This document shows, piece after piece, positions 8,824 through 17,912 of a stretch of 32,507 nt of DNA; position 1 is the first letter of the stretch; the number at the start of each line of letters is the position of its first letter. The notes beneath the pieces were generated by a model, which saw nothing but the letters and a program-made list of their open reading frames with translations, did not search any database and was not told the origin of the DNA. The position numbers and the translations under genes were made by a program. The stretch comes from Planctomycetota bacterium (GTDB lineage Bacteria; Planctomycetota; SZUA-567; H5-PLA8). The stretch lies in the NCBI GenBank assembly GCA_045863855.1, contig BTVV01000067.1:1-32507 (forward strand), in the 5' to 3' direction.

Positions 8824-8853
8824 CGGGTGCCTCCGCGCGATCCCTACCGCGCC

Positions 8854-9261
8854 TTAGAGCTTGAAGATTTTGTTCGCGCCGTTGTCCCACTGCGTGATGA
8901 TGTCGCCGCCGTTAGGCGTGATGGGCAGGCCGGTTGCGGTGTCGATCAAGGCGATCAGGCGGCTGGTGGATTCGACGCCGGTGTCCTTATAGATCAACTG
9001 ATACTCACAAGGGTCACCCGTAACGGTCGGGAACGTCACGTCGTCGGCATCGGCCACGCCGTTGGTCTTCGTCTTTCCGGTCAACGTCTGAGGCGTGCCT
9101 ACTCGCGCGCCGGCGGGTACGTCGTCCAGGTTGTCATGCGCAGCCAGGTCGGGCGTGTAGTCCGCAGCGTCGAGCAGGACCGTCTTGATCGTGTCGGTGT
9201 CCCAGTCGATGGAGCCGTCGAGGAAGCCTTCGCGGCCCTTGTCGTACATCGCGTTCGCCAT
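8854..9261 (-). CDS. minor tail/structural protein (135 aa)
   Basis: MANAMYDKGRE..IDWDTDTIK..PNGGDI..W..IFKL pattern seen in phage tail-associated proteins. Confidence 0.65.
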   Translation of the reverse strand: MANAMYDKGREGFLDGSIDWDTDTIKTVLLDAADYTPDLAAHDNLDDVPAGARVGTPQTLTGKTKTNGVADADDVTFPTVTGDPCEYQLIYKDTGVESTSRLIALIDTATGLPITPNGGDIITQWDNGANKIFKL

Positions 9262-9287
9262 GCCCGCTCTCCACCTGAACCGTACAG

Positions 9288-9297
9288 ATAGATACGG
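9288..9297 (-). promoter_or_regulatory. late promoter motif CCGTATCTAT (first fibre/adhesion module)
   Basis: Exact copy in a 39-nt intergenic gap, followed by an RBS and ATG. Confidence 0.75.
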
Positions 9298-9300
9298 GCC

Positions 9301-10290
9301 TTAGAATTCGAGCAGCAGGAGCGTTGTGCGCGGCAGGAACTGAATGGTGGAGATGGCGTCGGTGGGTGGCGGCGCGCCGCCGCGTTCGCCGGTATGGGCC
9401 AGCGCCAGTTTCAGCGGCGAGCCCGGAACGATGGCGCTGGGCGGGATCTCGAACTCTTCCACGGCCACGTGCGTCGCCGTTGCTACTCCCAGCGCGCCGA
9501 ACTGCGAGCCCGAGAAGTCGAAGTCTTCCGCTCCTAGCGCGCCCCAATTCGTGGTCACCCACAGCCCAAGATCAAACGGTGCGAAAATGTTATGCACGCC
9601 GACGTTCGGAGTGCCCTCAAACGGCACTCGCAAGCGCGCGGAGCTGGGTGCGGGCAAGCCTGCAGGAATGTCGAACGTCAGGAACGCGCGGTAAATCTCG
9701 TAGATCTCCACGCCAGGCTCGGCGCTTACTTCGCGAATGCCGGCGACGATCCGCGTCTCCAGCCCAACCACCGTCTCGGCGAATAGATCCGCACCCAGCA
9801 CGCCCGTGACTCCGGTGTCGGGCCACAATCCGCCAGGTCCGGCGCGCAGGGCGCCACGGTCCAGCGAGAGCGATGCGCCGATGGCAAAGGGCACGTCCAG
9901 GCTCTTACGGATTTCCGTGACATTCGGCCAGCGCTGGCCGGCCTCCCACGTCCCGCCTGACCAGGCGAATTCGGGCTCGCCCAAGGCCGCGCGGAGTTGA
10001 TCCACCAAGGTGGTGCGCAGACTGTTAAATGCGGAGGGGCCAACACGGTTATCCGGCGCGAAGTAACCCACCTGACCCAACGCTTGATTGCCGGGCTTCA
10101 CGCGACCGATGTGGTGCGCGCGCAGGTTGTAGTCTGCGAGGATCTGATTCAGGCCCGTGCTGGGCAGGTACTGCGCCATGGTCGGAGGAATGGAGAACGC
10201 ATGCGGCCCGGCGCTGAAGCGTGCGGTCGCGGGCCAGCGGTAGCGGTCGTCGCCGGTATCGCCGACGCGTGGCACCCAAGGCGCGATCAT
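9301..10290 (-). CDS. putative tail tip protein (329 aa)
   Basis: Position downstream of the tape measure gene; ATGA coupling. Confidence 0.55.
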   Translation of the reverse strand: MIAPWVPRVGDTGDDRYRWPATARFSAGPHAFSIPPTMAQYLPSTGLNQILADYNLRAHHIGRVKPGNQALGQVGYFAPDNRVGPSAFNSLRTTLVDQLRAALGEPEFAWSGGTWEAGQRWPNVTEIRKSLDVPFAIGASLSLDRGALRAGPGGLWPDTGVTGVLGADLFAETVVGLETRIVAGIREVSAEPGVEIYEIYRAFLTFDIPAGLPAPSSARLRVPFEGTPNVGVHNIFAPFDLGLWVTTNWGALGAEDFDFSGSQFGALGVATATHVAVEEFEIPPSAIVPGSPLKLALAHTGERGGAPPPTDAISTIQFLPRTTLLLLEF

Positions 10291-11075
10291 TTGAGATAGC
10301 CGCCCAAGCCCTTATAGGTCGGCGCGTCGGTGGCCTTGTAGAAAGCGGTCTCACCGCGCGTATCGCCGCCCATGACAATCACGAAGTCAGGCGCGCCCGT
10401 TCGCGTCCAGGCCGATTCCCCAACACGCCAGACGCCATCGGAGAGCAGCACGCGCGCGCCTGGCGCGCAGACCACGCCGTCCACGGTTTGCGTGCCTTGC
10501 TTGAGCAGCTCGCCGCTGAAGTCCGATGTATCCACGCGCTCGGTCACCGCCGCCGCTGGGCCGGTAAAGCGCACCAAGGCGATGTGGACACCCATCGCCT
10601 CCTCTTCGAACAGCACCTGCGCCGCGCCGTTGGATGCCCCCACCGCGTGCGTCGCGCCAGGCTCGATATCCAACGCCGTGGGCGAAGTCTCTTCGTCGTT
10701 GGAGATCCGCACGGGGAAGACGCCATGGACGAACACCGTGCCCGCCTGGCCGGCCTTAATCGGCTCGGCAGTGACACACCACTTGCCCTCGTCGCCCGTT
10801 TCCGGGAGGCGGATCGAAAGCGCGCGGTCGAAGCGAAGTTGGTTGGCGTCCGTGTAGTAGTGGCCCGCGATGCCTGCGGGCGAGAAGGCGGGCAGATCCA
10901 CGTTGCCGACGTTGACGCCCAGCGCTTCGGTGGCCGCGTCGCTGTTGATGCGCAAGGGCGCGCGCGCGACCGTAAGCCCCGAACGCTGTTCGAGCGCCGC
11001 GACGCGCGCGAACAGATCGTTCACCTCGGCGGCCGTCAGCCGGTCGCCCCGATCCTTGCGCGGGTTCAAGCTCAT
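10287..11075 (-). CDS. putative tail tip protein (262 aa)
   Basis: Position; ATGA coupling. Confidence 0.55.
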   Translation of the reverse strand: MSLNPRKDRGDRLTAAEVNDLFARVAALEQRSGLTVARAPLRINSDAATEALGVNVGNVDLPAFSPAGIAGHYYTDANQLRFDRALSIRLPETGDEGKWCVTAEPIKAGQAGTVFVHGVFPVRISNDEETSPTALDIEPGATHAVGASNGAAQVLFEEEAMGVHIALVRFTGPAAAVTERVDTSDFSGELLKQGTQTVDGVVCAPGARVLLSDGVWRVGESAWTRTGAPDFVIVMGGDTRGETAFYKATDAPTYKGLGGYLK

Positions 11076-11896
11076 CCGATACCCAACAGGGTGAAGTTCC
11101 GGCGCGCGTAAACCTGAGCCACATGCGCCGACTGGACCTTATGCTGAATGACCGAATCGTTTTCGGAAGCGATCTTGGCCTGCGTGAACCAAAGATAATC
11201 CCATCCGCCCTTGAGCACGCTTTGCGAGCCGCTAACGGTCTCGATGGGGACGGTGACCGTCTTCTCGGCGGCGAACAGGTACTCGACGCGCCACGGCCCG
11301 GTTCCGCGTCGGCGCGCGGTCGCGCCCATGAAGATCAGCTCGCCGGCATCGAAGCCCTTCCAAGCGTTCTCGTTCACTTTGGCCGTGCAGTCGATCAGCG
11401 TGGAGAGGTAGCCATCGGCCAGCGTGTCGCGTTCGTGGATCTCGCGGTAGCTCAACTTCGGCACGTAGATGTCCACGCCCTCAACATCCTTGCCATTCAC
11501 GCCGATCAGGGTTCCGACGTCCGCCGTCTGCGGATAGTTGGCCTGCGCCAGGGCGCGGACCACGTGCTCCGTCTGCGCCAGCGTCGAAACTTCGAACTCG
11601 ACTTCACCTTCGGGCGGTTGTTCGGTTTCGCGCGTGGACTCTTTGTAAGTGACCGAGACTTTGCAGAGGCCCTCCACTTCAACACCGGTGGCCTTGAGCA
11701 CGTCGACGCTGAGCGCATCGCAAAAAAGGTGTTCGAGAGAACCGTAGCGGTCGTTGATGCGCGGGACGCCGTCCGCATCCTGTGCGACGTCGGGATCGTC
11801 GGTGCCATGCACCCAGAATATGCGTTCGAGCGTGGAGCCTTTGCGGTCCTTGCGGTACTTGCGCGACTCGACGGCTTCGGTCACGACGACGGCCAT
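11072..11896 (-). CDS. putative distal tail/hub protein (274 aa)
   Basis: First gene after the tape measure gene; AGGAG RBS. Confidence 0.55.
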   Translation of the reverse strand: MAVVVTEAVESRKYRKDRKGSTLERIFWVHGTDDPDVAQDADGVPRINDRYGSLEHLFCDALSVDVLKATGVEVEGLCKVSVTYKESTRETEQPPEGEVEFEVSTLAQTEHVVRALAQANYPQTADVGTLIGVNGKDVEGVDIYVPKLSYREIHERDTLADGYLSTLIDCTAKVNENAWKGFDAGELIFMGATARRRGTGPWRVEYLFAAEKTVTVPIETVSGSQSVLKGGWDYLWFTQAKIASENDSVIQHKVQSAHVAQVYARRNFTLLGIG

Positions 11897-11905
11897 GGCG
11901 TGCTC

Positions 11906-13735
11906 CTATGCGAGTCCCATGTCGAGATCTTCGGTTTGCTCCGCGATGCGCTGCAGCAACTGGTTGGACTTCTTGGCTTCCTCGAAGTGCCGGTTCGCCA
12001 AGCCCGCCGCCGCCAAGCCCTGCGCCGCCGCGCCGCTGAACGTGCCCGCGACGCTGAACTCCGGCTTGGAAAGAGCCGCGTCGCCGGCCGTCGCGAAGCC
12101 AAGACCGCCGCCACCCGCGCCACCCTCGGGCGCTTGCGGCAGCAAGCCTTCGATGCCACCCACCATGTTCTCCAGTGCGCCGGTGATGCCGTTCCAGATA
12201 TTCGCTCCGACGTTCTCAAGCGCGCCTTTCGCTCGCTCCAGATCCACGCTGAATCCCGTGGTCCCGTCCTGCGGATCGGCGGCGAAGAGGTCCGCGTTCA
12301 GTTTCTTAAACTTCGCTTCGCGCTCGCGCCGGTCCTTCTGCTCCTTTGCACGCGCCCGTTCGTTGCTACCCAACGCATCGTCACTGTCTTGCGCCAGTCC
12401 TTCGCGCATGCCTTTGAGCAGCTTCGCGGGGTTCAGGTGGTCGGGGATCTTCGCGATCAGCGAGATCTCGCCCATGCCCACGGTCTTGGCGACGCGGTTC
12501 CATCCTTCGATGATCCCGTTCATCACGCCGCGCACTTTCTCGGCATACCAGTCCCAGCCTTCGGCGAGCTTCTGCGGAATCCACATCAGGTCGTTGAAGA
12601 TCGATAGGCCCATCACCTTCAGGCCGGTCCAAAGATCGCCCCATAGTTGCCGTATCCAGCTCACGGAGTCCATGAACGCTTCGCCGATCATGTAGGCGAA
12701 GGCCACGATCCACGTGCCGAGGCCCGTTCCGTCAATACGCACGGAGTTGAATAGGTCCAGGAATCCGAGCTTCGTAACGCCCAGCGCATCGGTTACGGCG
12801 AGTGCCGCCAACCCGATACCCATGAGGATCGAGGCCGCGACCAATGCCGGCGACATTAAGGCCATAATGGAAGTGCCTACTACAACCAGCCCGGTTCCGA
12901 CCGCGAGAAGAGTCACGCCGATCTTCGCGAAACTCTCAACCACCTGTGGATTCAACTTGACCCACTGCGCGGCGCGTGCGATCAGATCCGTGAACCGTTC
13001 GACCGCAGGAATGAACGGGACCATTGCTTGGCCGATCGCCAGCTTCACCGCGGTAAAGGCGTGCCCGACGCCGTTCAGCGCGTTGTCCATACGCAGCGCC
13101 GACTGCAGCGTCTGCTCATCCAGCACTTGCCCAAACTTGTATGCCTGCCCCGCCGCTTCGGTGATGGCACCACTCCCGCTCTCGATGATCGGGAGTAATT
13201 CCAACGCACCGCGCCCGAATGCTTTCATCGCGATTTGCGTGCGCTGCGCCGGGTTCTCGACCTTCAATAAGGCATCGGCGATGGCCGCGAGTTGCTGTTC
13301 GGGACGCAGTGCAAGTAGCGACTTGGCATCCAATCCCAACGCCGCCAGCGCCGTATTTTGGTCCTTCGTCGGCGCGGCCAAGCCGCGCTGCATCTGAGCG
13401 ACGGCTCCGATAACGCCGCGAAGGGAAAGGCTGCTGTTTTCGGCAGCTACTTTCAACGCGCCCAGTGTTTCAAGCGAGAGGCCTGTCTGCGCACGCAGGT
13501 TGGCCATCTCGTTTCCGAAGGTGGCCAGCGTCTTCGATCCAAGCGCTAGAGGAGCCAGGATCGCGGCCCCGCCAGCCGCCAACCCCGTGCCAATCGTTTT
13601 GGCCATGCCAGCCGCGTCGGTGACCCAAGCGCGCAGCATCGTGGTGCCCTGGCCAAGAGCCTTCTGCAGCGATGTGAGACGTGCGCCGATCTCGACGAAA
13701 GCGCCGCCGGCCTTGATGTCATTCTCGCCCGCCAT
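11906..13735 (-). CDS. tail tape measure protein (609 aa)
   Basis: IKAGGAFVEI N-terminus, Ala/Gly-rich helices, central hydrophobic segments, follows the chaperone pair. Confidence 0.9.
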   Translation of the reverse strand: MAGENDIKAGGAFVEIGARLTSLQKALGQGTTMLRAWVTDAAGMAKTIGTGLAAGGAAILAPLALGSKTLATFGNEMANLRAQTGLSLETLGALKVAAENSSLSLRGVIGAVAQMQRGLAAPTKDQNTALAALGLDAKSLLALRPEQQLAAIADALLKVENPAQRTQIAMKAFGRGALELLPIIESGSGAITEAAGQAYKFGQVLDEQTLQSALRMDNALNGVGHAFTAVKLAIGQAMVPFIPAVERFTDLIARAAQWVKLNPQVVESFAKIGVTLLAVGTGLVVVGTSIMALMSPALVAASILMGIGLAALAVTDALGVTKLGFLDLFNSVRIDGTGLGTWIVAFAYMIGEAFMDSVSWIRQLWGDLWTGLKVMGLSIFNDLMWIPQKLAEGWDWYAEKVRGVMNGIIEGWNRVAKTVGMGEISLIAKIPDHLNPAKLLKGMREGLAQDSDDALGSNERARAKEQKDRREREAKFKKLNADLFAADPQDGTTGFSVDLERAKGALENVGANIWNGITGALENMVGGIEGLLPQAPEGGAGGGGLGFATAGDAALSKPEFSVAGTFSGAAAQGLAAAGLANRHFEEAKKSNQLLQRIAEQTEDLDMGLA

Positions 13736-14150
13736 GGCCCGCCTCCTTTTCCCGCTGCGCTTGGCGCGCGTCCCACTTCAGCCAGGCTGTTTCCTTTTCC
13801 GCCTCGCTCAGCCGGATCGGAAGCAGGCCGTGCTCGCGCCCCCACGCGCGATACTTCGCCAAGTCGCTCAGCGAGGATGATTCCGCTTTACGCTCGCTCG
13901 CCCGCAGCGGATTGAATCGCTCCGGTTGCAGCGACTTGGGATCTTTGGCATAGGGCTGGATCGCGTGGTAGGCCAGCCAGGCGACGCGGTCCCAGGCCTC
14001 CATACGTAGAGCCTTCCAGCGCCAGACCAATTCGCGCAGCGACCATGGGCGCGGATCGGCGACACCAGCTAAGGCCGCTACTTCGTGGACGGCGCGCCAG
14101 GTCCACGGTTGCCCCGACGCGGAGCGCCTTGCACCGGCGTCGGGCTCGGG
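13719..14150 (-). CDS. tail assembly chaperone, -1 frameshift extension (gpGT-like)
   Basis: The -1 frame is open from the slippery site to the stop at 13719: FPEPDAG..DPRPWSLRELVWRW.. Confidence 0.8.
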   Translation of the reverse strand, partial: PEPDAGARRSASGQPWTWRAVHEVAALAGVADPRPWSLRELVWRWKALRMEAWDRVAWLAYHAIQPYAKDPKSLQPERFNPLRASERKAESSSLSDLAKYRAWGREHGLLPIRLSEAEKETAWLKWDARQAQREKEAGHGGRE

Positions 14151-14437
14151 AAAAAATCCCGGACCGCCTCCGCGATGGCTTGCGCCATCGGCTCCATCGT
14201 TTCGGGAGCAAAGACTTCCGCGCAGAACGTATCAAAGTTCAGCCCGTAGGCTTTTGCCTGCTCTTCGCACGCCAAGTACGCGAGCGTCAAGACGTGGCCG
14301 AGCTTGCCCGCGAAGATATCGCCGCCTGCCGTCGAAAGCAGACCCACGCCCGTGCGCTGTTCGTAATCGATCAGCACGTCCACACTGATGCGCGGGCGCC
14401 AGACGCGGCCTTCCCGATCCTTGAATTCCGCTGGCAT
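14078..14437 (-). CDS. tail assembly chaperone (gpG-like)
   Basis: Lies between the tail tube and tape measure genes; contains RDFFP at the slippery site. Confidence 0.8.
   Translation of the reverse strand: MPAEFKDREGRVWRPRISVDVLIDYEQRTGVGLLSTAGGDIFAGKLGHVLTLAYLACEEQAKAYGLNFDTFCAEVFAPETMEPMAQAIAEAVRDFFPSPTPVQGAPRRGNRGPGAPSTK
14150..14156 (-). other. -1 ribosomal frameshift heptamer T TTT TTC
   Basis: GAT TTT TTC in the zero frame; the -1 frame joins the downstream ORF. Confidence 0.8.
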
Positions 14438-14454
14438 GGGGTGCTCCTAAAACA

Positions 14455-14491
14455 CCCCAGGCCACCTTAATCGAGGATCGGTGGCCTGGGG
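14455..14491 (-). terminator. 12-bp hairpin followed by TGTTTT after the tail tube gene (partial terminator or mRNA stabiliser)
   Basis: CCCCAGGCCACC...GGTGGCCTGGGG. Confidence 0.55.
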
Positions 14492-14556
14492 ATTTGCGCT
14501 GAGGGCTTACGAGTATCTCCTCGATCTCACTCCGCCTCGCTCGGTGTGAAATATCG

Positions 14557-14967
14557 TTACGCCGGATCGATGACCGTCAGCGCGCCCGCGCCTTTCATGG
14601 TGATGTCCACCATGAGCGCGCCGTCGAGCGGCTCGCCGCGCTTCAGCCCCGTCACGATGGCATCGCCTTCGTAGCCGTGCCCGGTTGCGCCCGTGATGTC
14701 GAGCAGCTTGACGTGGATCTCGGTCCCGTTGATGAACGCGGTCTGGATCAGTTCGAAGGCCGTGTCGTCGGGTACCCAGAGGTGGCCGCAGGACAAATCC
14801 CATTCCTTCAGACCTTGGATATGGTCCTTCCAACCCGCGCCATCGCGCGTGCTGGTATCCACCGCGTTGCCCTGAATATTGAGGTCCACGTCGCGGGCCT
14901 TGCCGACCACCGAGCCCGGACCGGTGCCGACCGTCAGTTCCGCTTTGTAGCCAGCCGACCCGCCCAT
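14557..14967 (-). CDS. major tail tube protein (TP901-1-like)
   Basis: VDTSTRD..GWKDHIQGLKEWDLS..YEGDAIVT..G.GAL pattern. Confidence 0.85.
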   Translation of the reverse strand: MGGSAGYKAELTVGTGPGSVVGKARDVDLNIQGNAVDTSTRDGAGWKDHIQGLKEWDLSCGHLWVPDDTAFELIQTAFINGTEIHVKLLDITGATGHGYEGDAIVTGLKRGEPLDGALMVDITMKGAGALTVIDPA

Positions 14968-14986
14968 GCGCCACTCCTTTCGCGCG

Positions 14987-15421
14987 CTACGCCGTGCTCA
15001 GCACGCGCACGCTCGTCTTGATCGTGTAGCCCGGGAACCCCAGGCCGTCCTGGGTGTTCACGGGCATATCCGCGATCACGCCCCAGTTCTCGAATCCCAC
15101 ATCCGATAGATACGGAGTCAGCGGGTGACGGTCGATCAAACGCCAGACTTCGTGCGCCAATTCCCATGTGGCTTTACGGCTTGAGTCTTTGTCGTTGAAC
15201 ACCTGGATGTCCACGGCCATCACGCCGCCGGTGTTCGCGCGGCAACCCCATGCAGGACCGCCAACCTCCGCGATCAGCAGTGCGGGGAACGGCGCGTCGT
15301 CAGGCAGCGCCACGGTGAAGATCGCCTTGGCGTCGGCGTAGGTGGCCAGCTTCGCGCGGATCGCGACCGCGCGCGCGTCTGCATCCGTCAGAAACATCTT
15401 CGCGATGGCGCCTGCGATCAT
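14987..15421 (-). CDS. tail terminator/completion protein
   Basis: LPDDAPFPAL..VDIQVF motif; position before the tail tube gene. Confidence 0.65.
   Translation of the reverse strand: MIAGAIAKMFLTDADARAVAIRAKLATYADAKAIFTVALPDDAPFPALLIAEVGGPAWGCRANTGGVMAVDIQVFNDKDSSRKATWELAHEVWRLIDRHPLTPYLSDVGFENWGVIADMPVNTQDGLGFPGYTIKTSVRVLSTA
15106..15115 (-). promoter_or_regulatory. late promoter motif CCGTATCTAT (major tail tube)
   Basis: Exact copy, about 140 nt upstream of the tail tube ATG. Confidence 0.65.
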
Positions 15422-15945
15422 GGCTGCCCCCCTTGCACCGCCGAACCGCCGAGCGGCAGATCCTTGAAGAGCGCCGGGAACTTCGACATCGAGCGATACA
15501 GCGCCGGGCGCATGAACGGACGCTTGGGAATCACGATGACGTTGCCCTTCACACGCCAGCCGAACTTCGCCGCAAGGTAGCGGCGCATCTTGGGTGTGAC
15601 GCGGATTACCGCGCCGAACTCATGCACGCGCCCGTACCAACCGGTCGTTTGCGGACCGACCACGTACGAATCGGTGGAGGTTTTGGCGTAGCGGATCGAG
15701 CTGCGCAGATTGCCGCTGATCAGGCGCGGGAATTCGCTGGTGTTGCGGTCTGCCGCGCCGCGCTGGAAACGACCGGCGTTGTCGCGGCTGGTCGCGTAGG
15801 TCGCGCCTTTCGAGACGATGCGCTTGGCCTCGCCTTCGACCAGCGCCGCGCACTTCGCCAGGCGCGCGACCGACGCCTTGCGCACGGCGTCCACCACCTG
15901 CTTTTCGTTCAGCCAGGACTTGCCGCGCAGTTCGAAGTCGAGCAT
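15418..15945 (-). CDS. HK97 gp10-family tail component
   Basis: SGNLRSSI..YGRVHEFG..PKRPFMRPA. Confidence 0.8.
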   Translation of the reverse strand: MLDFELRGKSWLNEKQVVDAVRKASVARLAKCAALVEGEAKRIVSKGATYATSRDNAGRFQRGAADRNTSEFPRLISGNLRSSIRYAKTSTDSYVVGPQTTGWYGRVHEFGAVIRVTPKMRRYLAAKFGWRVKGNVIVIPKRPFMRPALYRSMSKFPALFKDLPLGGSAVQGGQP

Positions 15946-15964
15946 GGGCCAGCCCCCGGCGGAT

Positions 15965-16315
15965 TTACTCCTCGACCGTCACGTTCTTTTTATTGCGGCG
16001 TTCGGTCCACAATTCCGTGGTTCCGCATCCGGTGATGGACAAGTACTCGACGCCCGTCTCCGTGTCTTTGATCACGTAGATCGCGCGTTCGTGGTTCCCA
16101 TAGCCGCCTCTGAAGTAACCATGGAACGTCGCTTGAAAGCGCAGGCTTTCCTTTTGCTCGGGCTGGGGCGTTGGCTCGATAAGGTCCGGGTCTTTCGGTC
16201 GGCTCGGCCGTTCCTTCGAGCATGCGTGGCAGATCCCCACGATCAACCCCACTGCCGCGATGCAGACCAGGAACTCAATCAGCGTGAAGCCTCGCTTCAT
16301 GGTGAACCCTTTCAT
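15965..16315 (-). CDS. membrane protein with a type IV prepilin-like N-terminal motif (alternative start at 16300)
   Basis: MKRG^FTLIEFLVCIAAVGLIVGI; C-terminal IYVIKDTETGVEYL. Confidence 0.7.
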   Translation of the reverse strand: MKGFTMKRGFTLIEFLVCIAAVGLIVGICHACSKERPSRPKDPDLIEPTPQPEQKESLRFQATFHGYFRGGYGNHERAIYVIKDTETGVEYLSITGCGTTELWTERRNKKNVTVEE

Positions 16316-16611
16316 GGCTCGATGGGCCGCTCGACACGCATCAAGGTAAGCCGCTTCCAGCGCGAGCCGTGCAGCCTTCGCGCGGCGCTGACTCGGTACT
16401 GCGCTTCGGGCTGGCCGCTGAAGCCCGGCACGTTGACCAGGTCGGGCACGTCCACGTCGTCGTGGATCTCGCAGAGCAGCTCCACGCGATCGGCGTGATG
16501 TTCGACGATGCCGTAGAAGGTTAGCGCCGCGCCGAGCGCTTCCGTGAAACCGCCCGCGCCGTCCGAAGTCTTGGTCGGACGCCGGCGCGTGAGGGCCGTT
16601 CTGCCTACCAC
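16312..16611 (-). CDS. head closure (stopper) protein
   Basis: RRPTKTSDGAGGFTE motif; GTG overlapping the adaptor stop. Confidence 0.65.
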   Translation of the reverse strand: MVGRTALTRRRPTKTSDGAGGFTEALGAALTFYGIVEHHADRVELLCEIHDDVDVPDLVNVPGFSGQPEAQYRVSAARRLHGSRWKRLTLMRVERPIEP

Positions 16612-17189
16612 GTTCGCACCCTTGGGCGCTTGCGGTAGGGCGCCAGCATTTCCGAGATCACCGAGTCCATGAGCTTCGGCCACATCAGCGCCGCACCCGC
16701 CGCCGCGCTCGAACCTTCGCCGCTGCGTTGGTGATACGCCCGCGAAACCAACTGGAAGATCGCGATCTTGAGGCCGGGCGGGATCGAGGCATATCCGCCG
16801 GTGTAGTTCACGCGCCAGCGCTTCGCCCCTTCGCCCCACCAACCCTCTTTGTAGGGCCGGAAGGCTTCGTCGCCCGGGCCGGGCGCGAGCACGCGTCCCG
16901 CCTCGTCGGTGCGCGCGATCTTGTTCTCACCCACGACGGCCGCCGGCCAGGTCGTAGCCGCCGGAAGGTCCGTGACGGTAGCCAGTGCGGTGATGGGCAG
17001 GAAGGTCGGATAGAGCCACGGCTGCCCGCCGTCCAGATCCTCCTGGCGCGCGGCGCTGGCCAGCGCGATCCCGCACTCGCGGGAAACCCAGTCCTCCGCC
17101 CCATCTATAAGGAGCTGGATGACGGAATCCTGCGCGGAGTGGGAAACCTCCAGCCAGGCTTTGGCATCGGCAAGCAGTAAGACGCTCAT
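16605..17189 (-). CDS. head-tail adaptor (HK97 gp6/SPP1 gp15-like)
   Basis: LADAKAWLEV..QDSVIQLLIDGA..YTGGY..IP..LKIAI..LV..Y..R..MLAPYR; AGGAG RBS. Confidence 0.8.
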   Translation of the reverse strand: MSVLLLADAKAWLEVSHSAQDSVIQLLIDGAEDWVSRECGIALASAARQEDLDGGQPWLYPTFLPITALATVTDLPAATTWPAAVVGENKIARTDEAGRVLAPGPGDEAFRPYKEGWWGEGAKRWRVNYTGGYASIPPGLKIAIFQLVSRAYHQRSGEGSSAAAGAALMWPKLMDSVISEMLAPYRKRPRVRTW

Positions 17190-17338
17190 TTTGAGGGCTC
17201 CTAGGCGTCCACAACCGGCCTTCAAGGCGAGTACCGTATTCCTGTGCGGCGCGAATCAGGCCCGGCTAGGGTGCACGTGGCCGGGCAGGGGGTCGAAACC
17301 CCCTGCCCGGACTTCCTTCGCACCTGCTACGGGTAGGT

Positions 17339-17364
17339 CAAAAAGGCCCGGCTTGCGGGCCTTC
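17339..17364 (-). terminator. rho-independent terminator after the capsid/decoration genes
   Basis: AAGGCCCG CAAGC CGGGCC TTTTT. Confidence 0.7.
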
Positions 17365-17373
17365 CTTTAGAGC

Positions 17374-17790
17374 TTAGGCTGCCGCCGCCACCTTCGAGCC
17401 GGGCGAGAGCGGACGCCAGAGGCAGTAGTATTCGATCTCGCCTCCGTTCGCGTCCGTGGTGCCCGTGGTCTGGATCACGTCCGCGCCGTTCTCGACGAGT
17501 TTGGGCGCGGGGAGCGCCGCCGGGTTGGCCGGCGTCGCATCCTTCCAGATCAGGTTCGCCAGCAGCGCCGCCTTCGCGGCCTGCGCGATCAGCGTGGCCG
17601 TTCCGCCGGCGATGCCGACTTCCAGCGTGCAAGCGCCGCCGCTGGTGACCGCTTCCTTGATGCGGCCAAAGATGATCATCTCGACCAGGCCCGTGACCGT
17701 GAAGAGCGTGGTCGGCGCGGCGATCAACATGGCGGCGTCCGTCACGGTCTTGCGCGCGATGTTGTAGTTCACTTTGGTTCTGAGGCTCAT
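17374..17790 (-). CDS. putative capsid decoration protein (138 aa)
   Basis: Directly after the major capsid gene, strong RBS, beta-rich sequence. Confidence 0.5.
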   Translation of the reverse strand: MSLRTKVNYNIARKTVTDAAMLIAAPTTLFTVTGLVEMIIFGRIKEAVTSGGACTLEVGIAGGTATLIAQAAKAALLANLIWKDATPANPAALPAPKLVENGADVIQTTGTTDANGGEIEYYCLWRPLSPGSKVAAAA

Positions 17791-17912
17791 TCCAGGACTC
17801 CTTAAACCGGGGGCCAGGGGTATGAGCCCTGGCCCCCAAGCGTTGCCCCGATCCGCTCGGAGCTACACGCCGGCGCGCACCCAGTCGCCGGTTCCCGCCA
17901 GGGAAGGGCGCG

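Noticed and set aside
17304..17320. GAAGGAAGTCCGGGC resembling the RNase P RNA conserved motif
   Set aside because: The gap is far too short and no matching 3' conserved element was seen
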